Source of the DNA: Candidatus Latescibacterota bacterium
GTDB taxonomy: Bacteria; Latescibacterota; UBA2968; UBA8231
NCBI GenBank assembly: GCA_965205655.1
Contig: CBDBIJ010000086.1
Location: 1-38,803, forward strand
DNA: 38,803 nucleotides
Reading direction: 5' to 3'
Positions 1 to 9,455 of this stretch are shown one piece after another. Numbering within the stretch: the stretch's first letter is position 1; each line of letters opens with the position of its first letter. The position numbers and the translations under genes were made by a program. The notes beneath the pieces were generated by a model. It saw nothing but the letters and a program-made list of their open reading frames with translations, was not told where the DNA came from and searched no databases.

Positions 1-1
1 T

Positions 2-109
2 GTGCTGGAAGAGATTCTCGGCAGAGAGATTGTCGACGAGTCGGATATGGTGACGGATATGCGTGAACTCGCGCGGCGCCGTCGTCGACAGGTGCTCGAA
101 GGAAACTAG
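2..109 (+). CDS. 3' end of a CNNM/TlyC (hemolysin-like, CBS-domain) family protein, partial at the window edge
   Basis: Manual translation of frame 2 gives VLEEILGREIVDESDMVTDMRELARRRRRQVLEGN*. LEEILGxEIxDExD is the typical post-CBS motif. Confidence 0.75.
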   Translation: MLEEILGREIVDESDMVTDMRELARRRRRQVLEGN

Positions 110-137
110 CGAAACCACATTCAGATGGAGATACGAG

Positions 138-533
138 ATGAGCGAGCAGTTTATTGGAACGGCTCCCTACTTCGTGGTTGCGGATCTGAAGCGTTCGCTG
201 GCCTACTATCACGAGAAGCTGGGCTTTGATGAACCGGAAATTTGGGGTGACCCTCCGGAATTCGCCATGCCCAGCAGGGAGGGGTTCATTTTCATGATCC
301 GCGCGGCGTCGAACGGGCGCGAGATAGTCGTCAACCGCAAACAGGGTGGGACGTGGGATGCCTATATCTGGATACGGGATGCGGAGTCGCTGTTCGAAGA
401 GTTCGAATCTCGCGGCGCGCAGATCGAGTACCGGCCTACGATTCAAAAGGAGTATGACATGAAAGAGTTCGCGGTGCGCGACCCCGACGGCTACGTCATC
501 GCGTTTGGCCAGCACTACGAAGTGAGTGGGTAG
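138..533 (+). CDS. VOC/glyoxalase-bleomycin resistance family protein
   Basis: Motifs VADLKRSLAYYHEKLGF and EFAVRDPDGYVIAFG. ATG at 138 follows GGAG at 127-130. Confidence 0.85.
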   Translation: MSEQFIGTAPYFVVADLKRSLAYYHEKLGFDEPEIWGDPPEFAMPSREGFIFMIRAASNGREIVVNRKQGGTWDAYIWIRDAESLFEEFESRGAQIEYRPTIQKEYDMKEFAVRDPDGYVIAFGQHYEVSG

Positions 534-542
534 GGCTGAAGT

Positions 543-1403
543 GTGAAACTGGGCATCGCCGGCATGCTGCCGGGCGACTTCCGGACCTTCACGCGAAAGC
601 AGATGCAGGCGATTCGCGATCTTGAATTCACCGGGGTCGGATATCATCTCAATGGCGAAGAGGTGTTCGACATTACGTCCGAAGATTGCGAGAACTACCA
701 ACGGCTCATGGCGTCGGAGAATCTGGAGCTCGCTCAATTTGCGATCACCTACGGCGAGTGCCTCTTTCATCCTGACGGAGCCCAGGCCGTTACGGGAAAG
801 ATCAACCGCGGAACGGAAATCGCCGCACAACTCGGGGCTGGAGTCTTTCTCATCCGCCCCGGCAGTCTGAACGCCGCCGGGCCCTGGACACCGCATCGTG
901 ACAACCATCTCCCCGAAAACAGGGATCGTCTGATCGAGACGCTGAAACCGATCGCACAAAAGGCTGAGCTGGAGGGCGTCATCCTGGCTCTGGAAACCCA
1001 TGTGATCTCGATCATGGATCCGCCGGAAAAGTGCAGGTACATTGTGGAGGCGATCGATTCAGACAGCCTGCGATTGATCATGGATGCCGTCAATCACTTC
1101 CCAAGCCGCCAGCAGGTATACGACAGCGCCGACTTTCTCAACCAGTTGTTCGATATCCTGGGCCCCCTATCTCCCCTGGCCCACCTCAAGGATGTTGTGG
1201 TTTCAGATGGGTTGGTGCTTCATATCGATCAGGAGGTCCCCGGCGAAGGGCAATTGGACTCGGCGCTCATGCTGAAGCGCTTTGACGCGCTCCATCCCGA
1301 CGGCTACGGATTGATCGAGCATCTGTCGATGGAGCAGATTCCGCTTGCGAATTCGAATATCCGCCGAATTGCGGCCGAAAACGGCATCGACATAGCGAAA
1401 TGA
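543..1403 (+). CDS. Sugar phosphate isomerase/epimerase (xylose-isomerase-like TIM barrel)
   Basis: Metal-binding motifs LALETH, IMDAVN, HLKD, PGEG and IEH. Confidence 0.85.
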   Translation: MKLGIAGMLPGDFRTFTRKQMQAIRDLEFTGVGYHLNGEEVFDITSEDCENYQRLMASENLELAQFAITYGECLFHPDGAQAVTGKINRGTEIAAQLGAGVFLIRPGSLNAAGPWTPHRDNHLPENRDRLIETLKPIAQKAELEGVILALETHVISIMDPPEKCRYIVEAIDSDSLRLIMDAVNHFPSRQQVYDSADFLNQLFDILGPLSPLAHLKDVVVSDGLVLHIDQEVPGEGQLDSALMLKRFDALHPDGYGLIEHLSMEQIPLANSNIRRIAAENGIDIAK

Positions 1404-2407
1404 CACCGACGCGCACCACCGAACATCGAAAGACGGCGACCCGTGCCGGGCTCAACTATGTCACTGACGGATTGCCCGGCATCACCCGGCGTCGCGCCGG
1501 CAAGGGCTGGGCGTTCTACAGACCGAGCGGCGCGCGTATTGCGACTGCGAAGGAACGAGACCGCATCAAGTCACTGGTGATCCCCCCGGCCTGGACGGAC
1601 GTCTGGATCTGCCGCGATCCGAAGGGGCACATCCAGGTCACCGCCCGCGACAACTCCAAGTTCCGCCGCATCCTCGAGCTGAGTGAAGTCATACCGACGA
1701 TTAGGGAGCACGCCGAACGCGATCTTCGCGCCGAGCCACTGAGCCGTCGCCAGATACTGGCTACCGTTGTGCAGCTGCTGGACAAGACACTCATCAGGGT
1801 GGGCAGCGATGAATACGCGAAGGAGAACCGTTCCTACGGGCTCACGACGCTGCGTGCAAAGCACGTACAGGTGGAAGGTGACGAGCTGAGCTTCAGCTTC
1901 CGCGGCAAGAGCGGCGTGCAGCAGGCGTTGTCGATCACCGATCGGCGGATTGCCCGCATCGTGCAGCGCTGCCAGGACTTGCCTGGACAGGAGCTGTTTC
2001 AGTACCTCGATGAAGCTGGGAAGCGACAGGCGATCGCGTCCGAGGATGTGAACGACTACCTCGGCGACATCTCCGGACGTCAGGTCACGGCGAAGGATTT
2101 TCGCACCTGGGGCGACACCATGCTGGCCGGCACTGAGCTGCGCGAGATGGGTCCCTCGCCGACTCAACGGGAAGCGAAGCGAAACATCAACCGCGCCGTC
2201 GACTCCGTCGCCGAACGGCTCGGCAATACCCGCGCTGTCTGTCGCAAATACTACGTCCACCCCGCTCTACTCGAAGCTTATCTCAACGGCCTCGTGGCCG
2301 CAGCTTCGAAAGGCGCGAAGCCCAGCCGCTCCCAACGCCGAAAGCCCGTTGCCGCGCTTCGTCGCGACGAGGTCGCTATTCTGCAGTTCCTGCAGGACAT
2401 TGTGTAG
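1400..2407 (+). CDS. Bacterial DNA topoisomerase IB with an apparent in-frame internal deletion (possibly inactive)
   Basis: Motifs IPPAWTDVWIC, LIRVG, FRGKSG, AKDFRTW and LGNTRAVCRKYYVHP; the R-K-R-N-Y catalytic pentad is present. The usual GRKQYRY segment is absent after TARD at about 1651. Confidence 0.9.
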   Translation: MTPTRTTEHRKTATRAGLNYVTDGLPGITRRRAGKGWAFYRPSGARIATAKERDRIKSLVIPPAWTDVWICRDPKGHIQVTARDNSKFRRILELSEVIPTIREHAERDLRAEPLSRRQILATVVQLLDKTLIRVGSDEYAKENRSYGLTTLRAKHVQVEGDELSFSFRGKSGVQQALSITDRRIARIVQRCQDLPGQELFQYLDEAGKRQAIASEDVNDYLGDISGRQVTAKDFRTWGDTMLAGTELREMGPSPTQREAKRNINRAVDSVAERLGNTRAVCRKYYVHPALLEAYLNGLVAAASKGAKPSRSQRRKPVAALRRDEVAILQFLQDIV

Positions 2408-4582
2408 GCGACTACCGATTCTCTGTCTCGTGTTGGACAAGCGGCTCCTGACCTCTGCCTTTTTCATCGTGGCAGCGGTCGATTCCCCGATATCTGCCGG
2501 CCCGTCCCAGACCCAGCCACCCAGCGCGACTCTGAGCGGTTTCGTTTACGATGCTGGCAACGGTGAAGCGCTGATCGGTTGCAATGTCTATTTGAAGAAG
2601 ATCCAGCTAGGGACCACCACGAATCTCAACGGCTACTACACCCTGCCCCGAGTTCCGGCCGGCACCTACACCCTGGTCGGTAGCTACATCGGATACGAGC
2701 CGCACTTCCAGACGATTGCGTTCGCCTCGAACGAAGACATAACCGTCGACATTACCCTGCAAATCCTGGCTGAGCAGATGGATGCGGTCGTCATCGTCGC
2801 CGATTCACTGGGAGCGGCCGCTGGCCTCTTCGAGAGGCAGATCTCCCAGCTCGAACTCTCGAGCGCGCAGATTGGACAGATTCCCCAGGTCATCGAAGCC
2901 GACCTTCTGCGCTCCCTGCAGACCCTGCCGGGTATCGTCTCCGTGTCGGACTATTCGTCTGCCCCCTATATCCGCGGCGGCACCCCCGATCAGAATCTGT
3001 ACCTGATCGATGGCGCTGATGTCTACAATCCCGAACACGCCTTCGGGTTGTTCTCCGTCTTCAACCCCGATGCACTCAAGAAAGTCGAGGTCCACAAAGG
3101 AGGCTTCGGCGCCGAGTACGGCGGCCGCCTGTCTTCGGTGCTGAACATCACCAATCTGGATGGAAACAAGAAATCCTTCGAGGGCTCGGCAGCCCTGAGT
3201 CTCCTCTCCGCCAGGGCAACCATCCAGGTGCCTCTCAAAGGACGTGGTTCCTTTTCCGCCTCTTTCCGCCGCACCTATTTCGACCAGACGGTTGCCCGCG
3301 CCATCGACGACATTCCGCCCTACTTCTTCTACGACGGCAACTTCAAGGCCTTCATCGACATTGACGAGACGAACAAGCTGACCATCAGCGGCTTCGGAGG
3401 GCGCGACGCGCTCGATTTCGACCTGAATCGAAACTCGACAGAGAAAGCCGGCCTCCACCACGACTGGGGCAACAAAACCGGCAGCGTCCGCTGGACAACC
3501 GTTTGGACCCCCAGGTTGTTCGCCAATTTCTGGCTCACCGGCAGCCGGTTTACCTCCGATTTCGATTTGGGCGAGGTCATCGGCTTCACCGAACGAAACA
3601 AGGTGACCGACGTGACCTTGAAGGGGAATCTAGAATACAGCCACTCCCAGATGTTAGGTGCCCGGTTCGGCTTCGAGCATAAGAGCCTGCGGGTTCTGTA
3701 CCGCCAGCTCTTTCCGGATGCCAGGACCGACATCAGTAAGAAACCGACTCACTATTCAGCTTATGCCACAGCTCGTTTGAGGCCTGTGCCGCAGTGGGAA
3801 GCGGAGGCCGGCTTGCGATACCACCTGTTTGACTCGGGGCGCACCTTCACCGACCTGTCCCCGAGGCTGTCGCTGAAACATCGGATTACCCCATCGATGA
3901 GCATCAAAGCCTCCGCCGGTACCTACCGCCAGTACCTGAACCGCATCCCCAGGGCGTTCATAACCGACATCTGGACGACAGCCAACGAGTTTCAGGAGAG
4001 ATCGACTGCGCGCCACTACATCCTGGGGTACCAGTGGGAGGTGGACGGTCGTTTCGAACTTGAGGTGGAGACCTACTACAAAGATTACGATGACATTCAC
4101 GCCTTCAACGAAGCCTTCCTGGCAGCGGTGGACACCGACGTTCACGAAGATGGACAGCCCGTGTTCTCCGAGACCGTCGGCCTGTTCCACGAAGGCGAGG
4201 GAGACAGCAGAGGCGTAGAGGCGTTGTTCAGGAAAAATGTTGGCGGCGTGACCGGCTGGCTCGGTTACTCGCTGTCGCGGACAGAGTATGCCTTTGCGAC
4301 CCTGAACGGTGGTGAGGGGTTTCCGCCGCGGCATGACAAGACGTCGACGGTCAACGCCGTGGCCACGCTGGATCTGAAGAGCGCCGTCCAGTTTCTCCGG
4401 AGAGCCCCCCCCGCCGTGCACACGAGCAAATGGCTGCTCGGTGTGAACTTCGTCTACACGTCAGGCCAACCCATCACGCGGCCTGGTTCCGGATACATTG
4501 CCAGTTCATCGCCCGACTCGAAGAACTCCAAGAATCTGTTCACCGGCAGCGTCCGCGACTTTGAGGTAGTGCCAGGTCCGAT

Positions 4583-4590
4583 CAACGGCT
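4583..4590 (+). repeat. Left target-site duplication CAACGGCT
   Basis: Identical 8-mer at 5967-5974. Confidence 0.92.
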
Positions 4591-5966
4591 GAGCTTGGGT
4601 CAAATGGTGTGTAAACGACTCAGGCGGCGATCTTCTTCCTTTGCGCGATGGGTGATCCGTTTTCGTAGCACTCCCCGGCGTAGACGTCAGCCATGAGATG
4701 CGGTGCATTGAGTCGCCGGAATCGTTTCCCGGCCACCATCAGTACCCGCCAAATGAGGGCGGTGGCATTGGCCACCTTCCTGTATCGTTTGGCCGCATTG
4801 GTTCGCAACCGTACCGAAGCGAAGGGACTTTCGACGACGTTGGTGGTGCGCAGGTGTTGCCAGTGGGCCTCGGGAAAGTCGTAGAATGTCACCATACGGT
4901 CCCAATCGCGCTCAAGGATATCGACGGCGTCTGGACACTCGCGGCGAAACCGTTTGGCGAATTGATCGCGACGTTTCGTCGCTTCCTGACGGGTCGGCGC
5001 GTACGGGATCTGTGTCAGCAGGTGCCGCCCTTCGACCTGCACGCGTTTTGGCAGCTTATCCAGCACGTTCAGGATGCGGTGATTCCAGCATCGCTGTTCA
5101 GCCGTCTCCGGCCAGACCTCTGCCAGGGCCGCCCAGATACCCAGGTGCCCATCCGCCACCAACAACTTCGCCACGCTCAGTCCGCGGTCACGCAGATCGC
5201 GCAGTACGCTCGCCCACGACTCCTTCGATTCGCGATAGCCCGGGACAATCGTCAGGACTTCTTTGCGCCCATCGCTCATCGCGCCGATGACCACCAGGAG
5301 AGCGGCTTTTTGCTTCTCAAGACCGGCTTTGACGTAGATCCCGTCCGCCCAGGCGTAGACGAGCTCGCGGTCATCCAGTCGTCGGCTGCGCCAGGCGTTG
5401 TATTCGACGATCCACTTCTCACGCAAACGAGCGATCGAGGACGCCGACAAAGGCGCTCCCTTGCCCAGCAGGCCGCGCAGCGCCAGCTCGAAGTCGCCCT
5501 GAGACAAACCGTGCAGGTAAAGCTCTGGCAGCAGCTGACCTGTTTCTTGGGTGCGCCGGGCGAACAGCGGCAGTACCGCACTCTCAAATCGCTCTTCCAG
5601 ACCCCGCACCCGAGGGCGTTTCACCTCGATCGTGCCCGAGGTCAAGGACAGTCGCCGCCGCTTCCCGTACCCATTGCGGTAGCCGCCGGCTGCGTCCAAC
5701 GGTGCCTGTCGCTCGTACCGTGACCGTCCCAGCGCATGGGTGACTTCTTCATCCAGAACCGACTGCATCAGCGACTGAATCTGCGAGCGTGTCCACTCTT
5801 CCAGCGTCTCGAACGTGGGCATGGACATTTCCGTCGTGCTCGGCTTAGGTTGTGCCATGGCGATTCTCCTCTTCCTGCCGGGATAGCCCCGGCGTTTGTG
5901 ATGGCTAATTACAAAGGAAGGGTAGGATCGCCGTCTGTCTATTTCCACACCTCCTGATTATAGCTC
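4591..5966 (-). mobile_element. IS256-family insertion sequence, 1376 bp
   Basis: Flanked by the direct repeat CAACGGCT (4583-4590, 5967-5974). Imperfect terminal inverted repeats GAGCTTGGGTCAAATGGTGTGTAAA / GAGCTATAATCAGGAGGTGTGGAAA match at 17 of 25 positions. Encodes a Mutator-type transposase. Confidence 0.95.
4620..5858 (-). CDS. IS256-family (Mutator) DDE transposase
   Basis: Motifs YRNGY, WADGIY, VADGHLG, QRCWNH and LRTTNVVES. ATG at 5858 is preceded by AGGAG. Confidence 0.95.
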   Translation of the reverse strand: MAQPKPSTTEMSMPTFETLEEWTRSQIQSLMQSVLDEEVTHALGRSRYERQAPLDAAGGYRNGYGKRRRLSLTSGTIEVKRPRVRGLEERFESAVLPLFARRTQETGQLLPELYLHGLSQGDFELALRGLLGKGAPLSASSIARLREKWIVEYNAWRSRRLDDRELVYAWADGIYVKAGLEKQKAALLVVIGAMSDGRKEVLTIVPGYRESKESWASVLRDLRDRGLSVAKLLVADGHLGIWAALAEVWPETAEQRCWNHRILNVLDKLPKRVQVEGRHLLTQIPYAPTRQEATKRRDQFAKRFRRECPDAVDILERDWDRMVTFYDFPEAHWQHLRTTNVVESPFASVRLRTNAAKRYRKVANATALIWRVLMVAGKRFRRLNAPHLMADVYAGECYENGSPIAQRKKIAA

Positions 5967-5974
5967 CAACGGCT
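5967..5974 (+). repeat. Right target-site duplication CAACGGCT
   Basis: Identical 8-mer at 4583-4590. Confidence 0.92.
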
Positions 5975-6190
5975 TCAGACTGCCGCCCTACATACGTCCG
6001 GACGTCAGTGTAAAATACAGGACGCGATACCGCAACATGGATTGGACGACCTATGTGCAGATCTTCAATGCCGGCAACAGAAGGAACATCTGGTTTGTCC
6101 AGTACGATGACGACAGCGGCGGCGGTTTCGACGTCGTCCAGGATGTGGACACCATCTCCATGTTTCCCATCCTCCCGAGCATGGGGCTGC

Positions 6191-7166
6191 ATGTTTCGTT
6201 CTAAGCATCACTTGAGCCGGTTCGTCATCGCGCTGCTGTGCGCGAGTGTCCTTCATTCGTGCGGCGATCCTCGCGTCGTGTCTCCCACCTACGATGAACA
6301 ACCCAAGATTGTGATGAGGGGATTCCTCTTGCCGCACCAGGATGTCAAGGTGCTGATAACGCGGAGTTTCCCTCTTGATCCGGGGAGCAGAATCAGCAAG
6401 TTCGCACTGCTGATCGAGGACGCCGACGTCTCCCTCACCGATGTCTCGAACGATCTATCCTACATCCTGACCTACAACCCGGAAACCCTGCAATACGAGA
6501 GCCGTGGCGATGAACTCGATATCGCCCACGGCCTGACCTACCGCCTCGATGTCGCGGCCACCGTCGACGGTGAGCGCCTCCAGGCCAGCTCGACCACCAC
6601 AGTACCGCAGGCCGGTTTCGAAGTCGTCGACTCTGCCTCCGTGCTCGGGCCGCTCCGCTACCAAGAGCGAGACGAGAATGATGAGGTGAGGCAGTTTGAA
6701 ATTGCCTTCAGACGGTCTCGCCATATCGACTTCTATGTCATCTCGATCAGTGCCGTGGATGCCCGCCCCGAAACATTCGTGTACGGACAATCCATTCGTC
6801 GACCACGACGCGTCGGACGTGAATTTCTTCTTCGACGACCTCGTCACCGCTTTTGAATGGAGCCAGAGCCTGCCCACCGATCCCGAGCAGGAGCCGGTGA
6901 TTTCGATCCAGGTCATCCAGTGGCGTCAGCTGCTGTTTCACGGTCGCTACCGCGCCATCATTTACGCCGCCGATGAAAACTTCAAGGGATTCTTCCTCAC
7001 CCATTCCACGCTGCAGGAGATCGACGGCAACTTCCACGAACCGGACTTTCGCATCGAAGGTGACGGTCTCGGGGTGTTTGGTTCAGCAATAGCCGATACC
7101 GTCTTTTTTGAAGTGATATCCGGCACGACCAGGACCAAAAGCGACACGCTTCTTACCGGTCCATGA
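6191..7166 (+). pseudogene. DUF4249-like lipoprotein (TonB-receptor partner), frameshifted near 6785
   Basis: Lipobox VLHSC, TYRLDV, and C-terminal IEGDGLGVFGS. Removing one G from TACGGAC joins ETFVY to DNPFVDHD. Its start overlaps the receptor's 3' end. Confidence 0.75.
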
Positions 7167-7177
7167 CAAAGTCATGA

Positions 7178-7534
7178 CATCTGGCTCGGCCCACCGGGGA
7201 AGGCACGTGGGACGAGCGGCGTCAGGAGGTGGGCGAGCATCTCATCGACACGCTGTCGGAGTACGCCGCCAACCTGCGTGATGTTATCGTGGATTGGTCG
7301 TTGTTTACGCCCATCGATCTGAAACCTCGAGTCGGGTTGACTGACGGCAACATCCGCCACCTCGACATCGTGCCCAGCCAGTTTCTGGCGCTGCACCCGC
7401 TCGCCGGCTGGGCCCACTACCGCACCCCGATCGACAAGCTCTATCTCTGCGGCGCCGGCACCCATCCCGGCGGCGAAGTCACCGGCGCACCCGGCCACAA
7501 CGCCGCTGCGGCGATTCTTCGGGATCTCAACTGA
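7178..7534 (+). pseudogene. C-terminal remnant of a phytoene-dehydrogenase-like FAD oxidoreductase
   Basis: EGTWDERRQEVGEHLIDTL...YRTPIDKLYLCGAGTHPGGEVTGAPGHNAA. An in-frame stop lies at 7175-7177 and there is no N-terminal Rossmann motif. Confidence 0.8.
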
Positions 7535-7561
7535 TTTCCGTTCAGTGGGCCGCTCCAGGCG

Positions 7562-8509
7562 CTAAGCCGACAGCCGGACTCGGCCCTTTTTCAGCGTCTC
7601 CTTAACGAGCCAGCTCAGGTCGGTCACGCTCACCGGTTTGAGCAGATAGCCGTCGAAATCGTGCTGCTTCAATCCCTGCTCATCCATGAAGCCCGTCACC
7701 GCCAGCACCGGCAGCTTTGGCTCCTCGTTGCGGAGCAGTTGCAACAAGGCGACGCCATCCATTGCCGGCATCTGAATATCCGTTATGACGAGATCCGGCG
7801 TGTCGGCCTTTATCTTCTTCAGCGCCTCAACCCCGTTCTCTGCTTCAGATACGGCGTACTGTCCCAATCCCTTTTTCAGTAGCGTGCGCGACACCTTCTC
7901 GTCGTCCACGACGAGGATTCGCCGTGGCAGCTGATCCATCCTGGCGTTGATTTCTGCGTCGGCGTCCTCTTGATTCATCCCCTTCTCGGCGAGGAGATCC
8001 AGCGCCACGCCCAGTTTCAGGTCGCGCTGATCGCACTGTTCCTCGAAGCGCGCCTGGGCCGTCAGAAAGTCGCGCATTCGCACATTGTCGCGTACGAGTT
8101 TCTCCGACAACATGATGATGACGTTCTCGTAGAGCTTTGACCTGAGATCGCGTTGTCCGTGCAGGATGATATCGAGTTTCTTTTTTTGAAGGACCAGGAT
8201 CCGGGTCGGAATCACGGCCTCGACTGTGGCCGACCGAGGCTGGCCGGTGATGGCGCCCATCTCACCGACGGTGGTCACCGGATCTATGACGGCCACGCGC
8301 ACGTTGTCTTCGGCGAGGATGGCCAGCTTGCCCCCGAGAAGGACGTACATTTCGTCGCTCGGGTTGCCGCTCCGGCAGATATGCTCACCTGCCTCGAATT
8401 GATTGGAGGTGCACTGGCTCAGTATGAGACGGATTTGTGTGGGCTAGAGCCCGCGGAACAACGGCACTTTCTTGAGGACCTCGGCGAGCTCTTTGGTTCG
8501 TTCCGCCAT
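7562..8509 (-). pseudogene. Cyclic-nucleotide-binding domain plus C-terminal receiver domain protein, with an in-frame TAG at codon 22
   Basis: From ATG 8509: MAERTKELAEVLKKVPLFRGL*PTQIRLIL...SDEMYVLLGG. cNMP motif GEMGAITGQPRSATV; receiver motifs ILVVDDE, DLVITDIQMP and KP. Confidence 0.8.
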
Positions 8510-8794
8510 CTTGATCTCTACGGTAGGATGTATTTAATCGGTCAGTGACCGGAGGGATGGCTAGTCAAACGCAATCTCCGTACCATCATTCGAGGGAAAT
8601 CTTGTAACAGAATAAGCGTCAAGCAATTACCGCTGTTTCTGCTCCGGACGAGCCAGGCGAGATTCCAACGAATGTATCAGAATTGGCCATTTGTGCTATT
8701 GCCTTGGGCGATATAGCCCATCGGGACGAGCTCACGGTAGAGGGGAACCCTCGACGAGGAATGGTTCCCGTGAACAGCGCTCAGGAGCGAGACG

Positions 8795-8896
8795 CTACAA
8801 ACTCCAACCGAGATCTTCGAGAAGCGCCAGTAAAAAAATAGCAGCCAGCCCCACGAATAGGAGCGCCAATAGGAACTTCCAGGCTCTCTGCGTCAT
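8795..8896 (-). CDS. Putative 33-aa single-transmembrane peptide
   Basis: MTQRAWKFLLALLFVGLAAIFLLALLEDLGWSL, preceded by GGGAGCGAGG. Confidence 0.4.
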   Translation of the reverse strand: MTQRAWKFLLALLFVGLAAIFLLALLEDLGWSL

Positions 8897-8909
8897 CGCC
8901 TCGCTCCCG

Positions 8910-8951
8910 AAACAAAAAAAACTCCCACCAACCAAACAAGGCGGGAGTTTT
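8910..8951 (-). terminator. Intrinsic terminator
   Basis: Minus strand reads AAAACTCCCGCC-loop-GGTGGGAGTTTT, ending in a T8 tract. Confidence 0.75.
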
Positions 8952-9090
8952 CTATGCTGGCACCTTCGCCAGGCGTCGCTCACCAATCGTCAGTGATGCA
9001 TCCTCACCTGCACCGGAAATGCTTGATCGAGCAGGGTGGCTGGGCCGTGCGACAGGCTCTCGGGCGTCACCTGGCCTGTGGCCGTGTCCC

Positions 9091-9396
9091 TCAGAAAGAG
9101 GAGGTAAAAGCCTTTTCTTCCAGCGGCAGATTGCGAAACGGAATTGGCTTTCCTGTGTCGTCTGCGACCACTACTCCATCTACCATTCCGGCCACATAGT
9201 TACCATTCCCTGCTGTAGATCCGCGGTACATGACAGGTGTAACCGGCTTTCCATCGTGCAGTCGTCGTCGAGTAGGTGTCTTCTCTCGCTTATTGCTTTT
9301 TCTTACTCCGGTCGTCACCTCCTGAAGCTTTGGCGCTTTCTTCCCCTTCTTTTTCGGTGCTCCGTGCCCCCCTCGACCAGGCTTCTTGTCTGCCAT
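9091..9396 (-). CDS. Small basic hypothetical protein (101 aa)
   Basis: ATG with a strong AGGAG RBS, a Lys/Arg-rich N-half and a compact C-half. Co-oriented with the upstream genes. Confidence 0.7.
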   Translation of the reverse strand: MADKKPGRGGHGAPKKKGKKAPKLQEVTTGVRKSNKREKTPTRRRLHDGKPVTPVMYRGSTAGNGNYVAGMVDGVVVADDTGKPIPFRNLPLEEKAFTSSF

Positions 9397-9455
9397 CTCG
9401 ATTCTCCTGTTGTGTTCCCTACTCGTAGCCGCGCTCAGGCGGCGTGCTGTTTAAT

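Larger units (their letters stand above)
2400..6204 (+). pseudogene. TonB-dependent receptor with N-terminal carboxypeptidase-regulatory-like domain, interrupted by an IS256-family element (segments ~2400-4590 and 5975-6204)
   Basis: Motifs LSGFVYDAGNGEALIG, IRGGTPDQNLYLIDG and AEYGGRLSSV. Removing the IS plus one target copy restores PINGFRLPPYIRPDVS...LPSMGLHVSF* with a terminal Phe. Start codon uncertain. Confidence 0.9.

Noticed and set aside
4698..5723. 341-aa ORF antisense to the transposase
   Set aside because: Shadow ORF of a GC-rich coding strand with no recognisable motifs.
8444..8446. TAG recoding or pyrrolysine insertion
   Set aside because: TAG is the normal stop of many genes here (533, 2407, 13708, 18841, 21307), no pyl genes are in the window, and the site expects Ser.
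8950..9090. Possible hammerhead ribozyme (CTGACGA...GAAA) or ZTP riboswitch on the minus strand
   Set aside because: The required stems do not pair and only fragments of the consensus match. An Rfam scan would be needed.
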